Notes under the pieces: generated by a model
Database searches by the model: none
What the model was told of the DNA's origin: nothing
What the model saw: only the letters and a program-made list of their open reading frames with translations
Translations under genes and position numbers: made by a program
Origin: Tricharina praecox
Taxonomy: Eukaryota
Assembly (NCBI RefSeq): GCF_024521635.1
Contig: NW_026250403.1
Span: forward strand, 2,976,001-3,040,000
Direction: 5' to 3'
DNA: 64,000 bases
Shown: piece by piece, positions 24,045 to 34,635 of the stretch
How the letters are laid out: each line of letters opens with the position of its first letter
Position numbering within the stretch: position 1 is the stretch's first letter

Positions 24045-27000
24045 ATGGACCCGCCATCCGTCCCAAATGCTCATCCAAGGCGAAGCCAACATCATAACGC
24101 CATACCAACACCCGCCGTCTCGCGGACATCTACCTTGGATAGACACTACCCGACGATGATGGCCGTGGAATCGAGAAGGAAGAAAATGCCTCCCTACACC
24201 ACAGTAGGGCAGTTTTCGTACGCTCCGACAACCCAGACTACTGTCGTCACGACCACGACCACGACAACTACCACCTTTCCCCCGTTGGTGATGAAGCCCC
24301 CAAGGCAGTTGAACGAGCTGGACCCGAAGGAATACCCTCTGGCCTCGGTGCCAACTCCCGCTTCTTTGAAACGGTTCTGCTTCGATGTCAACGGAAAGCC
24401 GACGTACTTTCGAGAGGATGATAACGCGGAGGATTCTATACGCCAGGTATATGTTACCGCCCCCTGGAGGCGTATGCATGAAGAGGAGAACCCACGAACT
24501 AATACTCTTTAGCTCGATCAACTGGTTCAGGACCTGCATCAGAACAACGGCGTCATACGGAAAGAAATCCGCGAGAGCGAACAGTTCGTGCTTCCGGATA
24601 ATCTACTGACCAGCCCCCCGGCGTCTGCCACCATGCCATCAAGTCAGCACGGCTTGAGTAGGAAACGGCCGGCCTCCCCCGTGCCAATATTATCGGAGGC
24701 TGCTGAACGCGTGGCGTCGTTGCAACATAGGAGCCAGAAGCGCCGGCAGACAATGCGGTCACGTACTGGGGCTCCCGGTAAACCCAATACACCATCTCCC
24801 AAGAAAGTTACACGGTCGAGTCGGAATACCACACCACACACCAGCCAAGAAAATGATACCCAGGTCACTGCTATTCCCACTCATGCCCCTCGGCCGGTAC
24901 GACCGCTGCTGCACCAACAGATTGCCCAGATCCAGAATTCGACACCCCTGATGTCACCACAGCCCCGTACACCTAGTCAAGCCCAGCAACAGGAAACGCC
25001 GCTTAATGGTTCACCGCAACTCGGGCCTGAAGTTGACGATGATGAGTCGAACATACGTGGTACGCCGACACTACAAGAAGAGATGGATTCGGATGATACC
25101 GTACATGGGGGTTCGCCAGCCACTACGGTGGCCGGGATCGAGGGGTTAACTGGAGAGTTGCCGCTCAGTCTGCCGAGTCCAAGTTTGAGTCCTGTGACTG
25201 CGGCTCTTCATCATGGAAACCACGGATACTTCGCGTCCATGGAAACGGAAGATATCGCATCGCCACTTGATCTTCAAGGAGCTGAAGAAGAGGATATGCT
25301 TGACATCAGTGATATGCCCGTCATCCCCACGCCTGCGAGAGAGCTCTCGCAACTGGACCTTTCGGTGGGTGGAAGAAACCCATCTGGGGGATTGATGGAT
25401 ATTCCAAACATGCTGGACTCGTTCGATGCTATGCCGTCCGCCGTCAAATCCTATGTCATGTACCAACTGCTTCGCCGGTGTTCCAAACATACCCTTCAGA
25501 CAGTTGCTGGAGTGGTCAACCCTGCTTTGATGTGTGATTTCCTGACCCTTCTTCCGTCGGAACTGGCCCTAGACATAATCAAATATCTCGACCTCAAGAG
25601 TTTGTGCAATGCTGCCCAGGTATCAAAACGATGGAGATTGATAGTCGATTCGGATGAGTGGACATGGAAGAAGCTCTTTGAGCAGGACGGATTCCAGCTT
25701 CAGGAAGGGGAATTGGATCGGGCTGTTCGTGAAGGCTGGGGCTATCAGGATCCGAGGGGTGATGATGATTGCGAAATGGATATCAATAGCAACCTCGGAC
25801 ATTCTCGGTCAAGTGGTTCGTCATCATTCGGCATGAGCAGCAAGTTCAAGAGAAAGGTCACTCGGGCAGTTTCTCGACAGCAGAAGAAGAAACGTGATGC
25901 TGTTGAGACTCTTGGGAAGGAAGAGTTTAATGAAGTCATTTCGGAAATCATCTCCAACTCTGCCGGCCCGATCACTGCTGCCGATGCTGCCGAGAAGGCT
26001 TACAATAAGGCTGCAGTTGGGCTTCCCTCGTTGAGGAACCTACACCTGTTCAAGTCTATCTATCGGAGGCATCATATCATTCGAAAGAGCTGGATCCGGC
26101 CTGACGTCAAGCCGAAACATATCTCTTTCCGAGGCCATCAACGGCATGTTGTCACATGTCTGCAGTTCGATACCGATAAGATTTTGACTGGATCGGATGA
26201 CACCAATATCAATGTTTACGACACGAACACTGGTGTGTTGAGAAATACTTTGGAAGGCCACGAGGGAGGAGTGTGGGCTCTCCAGTATGAAGGGAACACA
26301 TTGGTGTCAGGTTCGACGGATAGGACCGTTCGGGTGTGGGATATCGCTGGTGGACGATGCACTCAGATCTTCCATGGGCATACTTCCACGGTGCGGTGTC
26401 TGCAGATTCTCATGCCTACGAAGGTTGGAATCAAGCCTGACGGGAGGGACCTCAGGATGCCTAAGGTGCCTCTGATCATCACCGGGTCTCGCGATTCCAC
26501 CCTGCGGGTTTGGAAGCTTCCGATGCCCGGGGATCAGACCTACCTTTCCGGCCAAGATAATGACACGTTCATGAACCCCAGCAACAACCCGTACTTTGTC
26601 CGCACATTGCAGGGACACCAACACTCCGTCCGTGCTATATCCGCATACGGAGATACGCTGGTCAGTGGAAGCTACGACCACACAGTTAAGGTGTGGAAGG
26701 TTTCTACCGGTGAGACGTTACACACTCTGCGGGGCCACTCCCAGAAAGTTTACAGCGTCGTTCTGGACCATAAGAGGAATCGATGCATCAGCGGGAGCAT
26801 GGACAACATGGTCAAGGTCTGGTCGCTCGATACTGGCTCGGTTATCTACACCCTCGAGGGGCACAGTCAGCTTGTCGGGCTGCTCGATCTGAGTCACGAT
26901 AAGCTTGTCTCGGCAGCAGCAGACTCGACGCTTCGCATCTGGGACCCCGAAACAGGTCAATGCAAGCACACGTTGACCGCCCACACCGGGGCAATAACAT

Positions 27001-27439
27001 GCTTCCAGCACGATGAAACAAAGGTCATCTCGGGTTCAGATAAGACGCTCAAGATGTGGAATATCAAGACTGGAGAGTTCATCAGGGACCTGTTGACGGA
27101 CCTGACAGGCGTTTGGCAAGTTAAGTTCAACGAGAGACGATGCGTTGCTGCTGTACAGAGAGACCAGGTTACTTATATTGAGGTTTGTTTGCCCTCCACC
27201 TTTGCCGTGTTTCTAGTGGGCTCATTGCTGACATGATTTCGTTGTAGGTTCTGGATTTTGGCGCTGCGAGAGACGGCGTACCCGAAGATCAACGGGGACG
27301 AAGAATCGTGGTGGATCTCCATGGCAAAGAGATTCCGGAGGGCAGTGATCCTATGGATGAAGGTGTGTACCCTATAAACCAGAGAATTTTGGAGCGCGGC
27401 TGATAATTATGAGATTCAGCCGATGACGATGGCTTTTAA
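24045..27439 (+). CDS. CDC4: SCF F-box/WD40 protein Cdc4 (Fbw7-like); 4 coding exons
   Basis: Dimerisation region (YVMYQLLRRC), F-box DFLTLLPSELALDIIKYLD, WD40 repeats HVVTCLQFD, GHEGGVWALQY and SGSTDRTVRVW. Introns 24447-24512, 27183-27247 and 27363-27419; ends ADDDGF*. Confidence 0.92.
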
Positions 27440-28683
27440 TCCTGCGCGAGTTCGCCGTCATCGGTGACGGTGATGGCTTACTGGGATGGCTACCACCAGC
27501 CCAACACGACGTTATTATTCCCGTTTTAACGACACCCGTTTATCCCTTTCATTGTTCCTCCTATTCGTTTATATTACCCATGGCGTTGGTTGCGTTGCGT
27601 TTCTTTGCATTCACTTCTTTTTTTCCTTTTTGATTTTACAGTGTCCCGGTTTTGGTGCCCCAATTGCTTTATCTTCTTCACATCTATATACCGGACGAAG
27701 CACTTTGGAAATGGTACTGGTGTGTTTTTACTTTTCTGCTTGTTTTTTTTATTACGACTGGGGGGTACAAGTCGATCGGATCATACCCCGATACACACAC
27801 AAAATTGGGTGAATAGTGAAGGTTCGACTCGGTTGAAGGCGAACGGTTTTCTATGCTACTACTATCCGTCCCATATGAATGAGTATTGACTGTTGTTTTT
27901 TTTTTATTACTTGATTTGGTTCGGTCGGTGGATCGTGGGGGTGAAAGAAAGAGGAGGGGAGAATGCGGAGTTCTTTTTTTTCTGTTGTTTTACGTTTTTT
28001 TTTCGCGTATTGGTTTTCATTCTGTTTCCCTTTTTAATGATAAGAGGGGACATGAAAGGTAGGTGGGATGCGGGGGATGGGGGGTATGTACATATGGTAC
28101 GGGACGGGATGGGATGGGAAGTGTTTGTAGCAAAAACTTATATACGATACGATGATATACCCACATGGCACAGGGCGAGAAGTGGGGATTTTGAGCCCGG
28201 AGCTTTGATTGGGCTTTGATTGGTCAGTGTGTGTGGTGTGAGGTCAGACAGCCGCGCGCTCGAATATACATTTGCCGCCGACGCCGCCACTACCACCACC
28301 ACCGCGGCATGGCAACGACTCAACGACTGGAGGAGATGTTAAGGTCCCACAACGTTCAAGGTCATCACAGTTTAGAGGCACCGCTGAATTTACTGCGTCT
28401 GTCCTCGCGTCTAGCTAGCCATACATCCGCCCGCGCTACAAAGTTAACGGCACGGCACAGTAAGTCGCCATAGGTACTGTCTGGCGGTTGTGGTAACTAC
28501 AAGTGGCATTGGAATAGGAAAGGGAGGTTAGCCGCGGAAGTGGCGTAGGGCTCTACGTGAGGGTAAAGAGTATTGTGTACTGTTTACCACATCACTTCAT
28601 TTGTTAACAGCGTCCAGTGAGAGACCTCTGACGGGTACTGGTAATTGGTGAGACTGATTTTATTGACTAGAAAACAACCAGAA

Positions 28684-29078
28684 AGCAAAGCTGCAATGGC
28701 CAACATAGCCAGCACCAAAAAAAGGTACATGAAGAAGCCAGATAGACTCCACACCCACAAGAGACCGACCGACTAGGTAGACGAACATAAAAGCAGCAAC
28801 AGAGAACATTTCAACTTCAAAGCGACCGCATCGGATCTAGTCTTGAATCCCAAGCCTGCAATGTACATTTTTTTTCCTCCAAAAGCAGCCTTTCCGCAAG
28901 TACCACAATATGTCCAACAACATAGTAACAAGCAAGCAGACAGTCGAACGAACAATCAGATGCCCATCAAAAACAGAAACGCTAGGTAGTAGCTATGCCA
29001 GTGTAACTGATAGCAAAGCTGCAATGGCTAAAATAGCCAGCACTAAACAAAGTTACATGAAGAAGCCAGGTAGACACC
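28684..29078. repeat. Imperfect ~67-bp direct repeat (28684-28750 and 29012-29078)
   Basis: agcaaagctgcaatggccaacatagccagcaccaaaaaaaggtacatgaagaagccag versus agcaaagctgcaatggctaaaatagccagcactaaacaaagttacatgaagaagccag. Confidence 0.85.
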
Positions 29079-29300
29079 CACAATAGCCGGAAGTGCACAG
29101 CAGTCACATCTAACCTTAGCATGGGATTCGTCAAGGGATCGACATGCTAGAATCAGAGGGTAAAAAACTTCCAGCCAAAGTATTGAGAACAAATATTCAT
29201 CAGAACCAAGCAAAACCACGAATGGCACTTCTTCAACTTCAAATTCATCCACAAGCAAGTTCACAACTCCTTCCCGCAGGATCTCTCTGTGCCCATGTTG

Positions 29301-30703
29301 CTATCCCGGTACGTCCACGCCCACCTGTGCCGCGGTAACCCCGTTCCTGAGCCTGACAATAGGGCGTTGTCGCTCCTGTTCGGAGATGGCCCTGCTGCGA
29401 ACTGCAACGGATGTCGGAATTCCCCCGGGTTGCGACCTGGAATCTGGCGCGACTGTCCTCGACGGTTGCTGAAGAGTGGGGGTGACGTGGTATGCCAATC
29501 TCTCCGCCCAATGCTCGTCGTGAGTAGCGGCTGGTCGGAACGCATGCGGCTGCTGAATTGTCTGAGACACCTGTGGTCTGCGCGGCGAAACTTGTTGATT
29601 CATTTGCACGGGGACTTCTGATACGAGCCTTTGCGGAGGCGAGTCTGTCATCTTCTGGCGATCCTGTGGTGGAATGGAGCGAAGGAACTGGGGATCTTGT
29701 TGCAGCGGCACATAAGGCTGCTGGATTTGCTGCCGCTGGATTTGCAGCTGTTCGGTCTGCCGTGGTTCCGTCTGTTGCTGCCGACGCTGCCCCCGAAGCT
29801 GCCCCCTAAGCTGCTTGCGAAGCTGCTCGCGAAGCTGCTCCCGAGGCTGCCCTCGAGGTTGCCCCCGAGGCTGTTCCCGAGGCTGCCCCCGAGGCTGCTC
29901 CCGGACCGATTGGACGTGCTGTTGAACCCCCATCTGTACCGGCCGAATGGGCGAAGCCAACATCCGTTGTTGCGGTAACCCTTTCTGTTGTTGCGGTAAC
30001 ACTTTCCGTTGGGTCACTGCTGGCACATGCGGAGGAGGATGAGTCTGCGGAATATTGACCAAGCGGCGTTGGCCCTCCTCATCGTCAGGCCGAAGCCTTC
30101 TGATAACGTCCGGAGGAGGCAACCAACTTCCATGGAGAATACCCATCTCGAGCTGATGATCGACCCATTCCCTAGGGTGTAGGGCCTGTGGGTTGAGGGT
30201 TCTCTGTGGTGTGGGGTAGTGTCGTCCGGGGTTGTATCTTGCGCTATCGGGGAGCTCGATAGGCGGTGGGGATCTTTGTGAGCGGAAGAGGTGGCGGGGG
30301 AAGTACCCCGGAACGTGTGGGTCGCAGGGGTTGGCAGGAGGATTGAACTTATGTGAAGTCGTATTATCAGGAAGTGGATCGGAATAAGAGAGAGGCAGGG
30401 GGAACCAACGAAGGATGGAGGGCCGGAACCGGAAAGCGGTGCAGGTAAGCGATCAGGTACATTTAAAGCAGGTGGGCCCGAAAACGGCTGACGTTGATGC
30501 GAGGATTGTGGCGTCGTCAATCCACTACTTCCAGCTGGAGCGGGAGCAGGAGCAGGGACAGCAATCATCGACTCAATGGTGTCTCTGCCATTGACACCGG
30601 CATCATGGGTGGTGATGATGGGGAACCCTGCCGACGTCTGGATTTCTGCCAGGTTATTCCAGCTCTCAACAGAGAAGGGTGAAAGGTGCTGCACTCTAGA
30701 CAT
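29301..30703 (-). CDS. Hypothetical Pro/Gln/Arg-rich low-complexity protein (~446 aa, 2 exons)
   Basis: ORF 30703-30410 joins ORF 30347-29301 in frame via a GTTGGT...CTGAT...AAG intron (30409-30348). It has a CT/CA-rich upstream leader and internal REQP/RGQP repeats. No family recognised. Confidence 0.55.
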
Positions 30704-32240
30704 TTTCTGGATGATAACGATCCTCGTGGTGATGGTTGTGTTTTGTGATCTATGAGCGAAGAGAGCAGTGTGGAGAAGAAGGAACTGTGGGAGGACGTGT
30801 CTTTAAAATGAGGAAGATACGCGGAGAGGGAGTGTGAGTGTGTGTGCGGTGTGAGTGAGAGGGTGAGTGAGGTGTGAGTGAGGGTGGAGGAGAGGTGAGG
30901 TAGCTTCGGACAGAAACTAACTACTAACTGCGCACCCGCTGGTTCATGTATGCTCAGAGCAACTCTAAGTGACGGACTCCCTTTGAGACAACCCGACAGC
31001 GGAACAACAAGCAAGGAGACTACGCAAGCTACACGCTCAGTTGTATCGATCTTTGGGTGGTGTTTACATTACTGAGAAGTATCCGAATTACTTAGAACAG
31101 CGAGAGGAGCTGTTCATCGCATTCCAATTCGACATGTTTCGGGCGAAAAAGTATAGCCTGGCCATGCACCGTTTGGCATCTCTTATGAACAGAGAGACCA
31201 GGCAGAACTTGGGGGAGACGGGGATTCGGATACACAGTACTGATGGAACCCGAAACGGCGGAATACCGAATCACGAACTAAAAAAACTTCTTGGTTTGAA
31301 CGCGAGCAGCTGGACCTCAAGACAAGCATAAAACGAGGATGTCAATCCGCCACGTTTACCATCAAATTAGCTTTGCTAAGCTCCAGTCACTGTCCCCGCA
31401 ACATACCCCTAGTTCCGCTGCCCCCCGCAGTCTTTCCTCCTGTGACTTGCCCTGGCACTATACTCCAACCCGCGCTCGAACAGGAGACTGGTGCACAATC
31501 ACGGTACGCATTGCCATCATTAGTAATCACTCGTCGATGCGTTTCCAAGCCGAAGAGTCGGCACTCGGAGGGGGTTATACATGGCAAGAAAGTCAAAGTC
31601 GACTTACAAAGTTGCGAAACGTAATTTCGACATCGTAGCTGGGGAAACCTTATATCAACATACACTAATCCCTGTACATTGCAGCGAAGCTTCCCCGAGT
31701 TTCTATCGATGCCGTGTCGTCTCCGATCGACGTGAACTCGCCACTCCATAGGTTGGGTCGACATCTTGCGTCCCGAGAAGTTGGTTCTACACAGTCCATC
31801 CGGTCGCCAGCGGCGTTCAGCCCGGATAGTCGCCGGTACCATTCGGGCATCAGGACGGCGCCTCAATCCCGAATAAAGCTTACGTTACATACAGTTACGG
31901 GCACTAGTTGAAGGCTGAAGCGTATCGACACATAGGTGAGCCGAGCCCCAAACGACAGTATGTCATGGCCCTGCTGCAGGCTATACTAGGTTATCTGTGT
32001 GTGAGCTCGAGCTTATCAGCACGTAGCTGGAAAGCCCGAAAGCCTATGGGGCATTGCTTCTGCGCACATCGCAAGCTCTCTGCTTGAGTAATCGTTGCAC
32101 GAGCCTTTTGAATGCAGTCAATGAATAAACAACAAAAATAAAGCACGAGCCTTTTGAAGCTCGAGTTTGAGACCCTTCTCAGGTACACCTCTTGGAAACC
32201 TCCAAAGAGAACTTCATCGTTACATTCAGAGAGAGAGAAA

Positions 32241-33847
32241 CTACAAAATCGCACCGAAACTAGATTACAACACGAGCCAGCAGTTAGTACTGTCGACCCA
32301 GAAAGAGAAAACAGAACAAAACTAAACACAAAATAAGATGGAGCGGCAGCGGTTTCGTCAACTCATATACAACCTGGCCACATATGCAGCGGCGGCTGCG
32401 ATGGCAGCCCCGACAAGTACAGGACCCATTATTTCAAGTGTCATATCCTGCCAAGAGGCTCCCTTTATAACGACGCTGGTCTTCTTTGCTTTATGTTTCT
32501 TGGGTGCAGACGACGATGAAACAACACGACTGGGGAAGGAACCTGCGTACCCAAAAGTAGCCTTGATGCTGCGGACGTAATAGTCCTCAAAGTTCCTCTT
32601 GCTGACCTCATCCTGGCCGACAGGAACGCCAGTCCAGGTGACTCTCAGGTTGGTCGAGTCGCTGCCCTGATCGAAGACCAGGTTCATAGTTGAGTAGTGG
32701 TCTAGAAAACATCAGCACTGATACCAGTTACGACGGGATCCCACTCACCCTTTGGCCAGGAGCCCAGTCTCCAGTCCTGAATGATCTTCTTGTTCTGTTC
32801 TAGTGTCTTGAAAGTACCCACAACGTTTCCGCCAAATAGGTTGAACTTTCCACCCTCCTTGGGCTCAAACTCCTGTGGGGGTGTCCGGGTGAAAGCCGTC
32901 ACACGCTGCGGGTCGACAAACGTCTGGTACAGCTGCTCCGCCGAAGTGTTGAACTCGTACGTCTCCGAAACTGTAACGGTGTTAAGGACCCTTCCCTTGG
33001 AGTGCGCAGTCTCTGCCGATTTCGACGGCTTTGCGGCGGCCTGAGCGGAAGAGGAGGTGGTGGTAGCAGTGGTGGCAGTAGTAGCAGCTTTCTTAGCCGG
33101 ATCGGTAGCAGGAACGTGCTGAATATCCTTGGCATGGTGCTCGATCAAGTCTGGAGAAAGACGGGCAAAGGCCTTGCGGAGCTGAGGGGTAATCTGGGTG
33201 CGGACGAGATCGCGAATCACCTGCTTGTCCTTGGTATCCGCGTAGTTGCTGATATCGAACTATGGGCTTGGAGTGAGCTGCTGGAAGACTTACTCGAACG
33301 CGTGCGGGTAGGATGAACATACGACGTACTCGCCTTCCTCGGTGTCGTGAGCAACCTCGGGAATAACGATGGTGCCATTGGCCTCCACGCCATCAGCGTT
33401 CTTGCCTATTCAATGTCAACAAAGCGTATTGTTGGGTGTTGCGCCGACTAGGAGATACCAGAGTATTCGAGCTTCACCACGAGGTCAAAGATAGTAACGA
33501 CCTTGCCCTTCCGCTGGTTGACATCACAGTCGCCCTCAATGCTCAGGACCTTGGTGATCTTGGCCGAGACGCCGTTCTCTTCAGCGGAGATGACAGTGAG
33601 ATTCTCTGAGAAGTAATCCTTTGTCCACTCGCGGGCGTCCTTGTTCACCCAGTGCCCTGACGTTGAAACAATTAGCTTTCGACGCATCCACCATGGCGAC
33701 CATCAATACACGTGGTAACTGCGGGGAAGACGCGTACAGTTGCTGTAGCCGAAAGAAAATGACAGACACGTCAGAAAAGTTCACATAACAAATATCGAAA
33801 CACACGTATTCTCGTATGGTGACTTACTTGGGGTTGTGGAGAACCAT
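32241..33847 (-). CDS. AHA1: Hsp90 co-chaperone Aha1; 6 exons including a 5-nt micro-exon; the spliced form ends TFGFGAIL*
   Basis: MVLHNPNNWHWVNKD, SIEGDCDVNQRKGKVVTIFDL, TIVIPEVAHD, FNLFGGNVVG, IIQDWRLGSWP and DYYVRSIKATFG. Confidence 0.93.
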
Positions 33848-34090
33848 TGTGATGTGTCAAAGCTGGTGTCAAAGTTAAGCCGCGGAATCGGAGTTTCGGA
33901 GACGTAAAGTTACGCACCAGTGTTGGAGGGGAATTGATGGGCTAGTGTATGTCAAGTTTTAACAAGAGACACGAATGCAAGTAAAAGTAATGTGGAAGAA
34001 GATAGAGTTGAAGTTGGAGTTGAAGATGGCGTGAGAGTGAGAGCGGGAAGACAAGATCCGAGGAGGAGGTTGGCCGTTATCAGGCTTAGT

Positions 34091-34105
34091 GGAATGTTCT
34101 AGAAA
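34091..34105. promoter_or_regulatory. Perfect three-unit heat shock element upstream of AHA1
   Basis: gGAAtgTTCtaGAAa matches nGAAnnTTCnnGAAn, about 245 nt upstream of the AHA1 ATG. A second TTCtaGAA lies near 34437. Confidence 0.75.
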
Positions 34106-34635
34106 TCATAAATGGTTCTCCCGAGCACGTGATAGAGGCGGAGGATATGAGTCTTGGCAATGCCTTCTCCAATATAATCTAATCTGATCTACATCACACT
34201 CCAAGCCACCACCAAATCTTCGCTTAGGTTAGTGGCCGACTGATCTGCACAAGGTTATCAACCACCCGTCGAAGCTTGTGACATAGTTCGATATTTGTCT
34301 TCTTATCAATAGAAATGCAATTTTGCGGATCGTTTGACGTTTAAATAAGAGGCGCACTCAGCAAAAGGTCAATCGTTGGCATGAGTTGGAAGAGCTGTGG
34401 GCCCACACCTTTGAACGCTATTCGCTGTTGTTATAGTTCTAGAACGTCAGTGGATTTGCGCTGGTGTTGTCCCCCCCACTATGCCTAGTGCTACTTCTCC
34501 TTCTCCTTCTCGTTCTCATTTCCCCTCAACCACCACACACTCACGTGCTGTGGCCGTCGGCATCCTTTCACTCTCGTACCTACCAACTCACTTCCAATTA
34601 CCTATCATTCCCTTACCCCCGACTCCGCCGCAATC

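Noticed and set aside
27183-27236. Retained CDC4 intron 2 would give the hydrophobic end VCLPSTFAVFLVGSLLT*
   Set aside because: Ordinary 65-nt T-rich intron with no linker; retention would truncate the WD40 propeller.
27815-27840. GGTTCGACTC resembling a tRNA T-loop or B-box
   Set aside because: No T-stem or cloverleaf around it.
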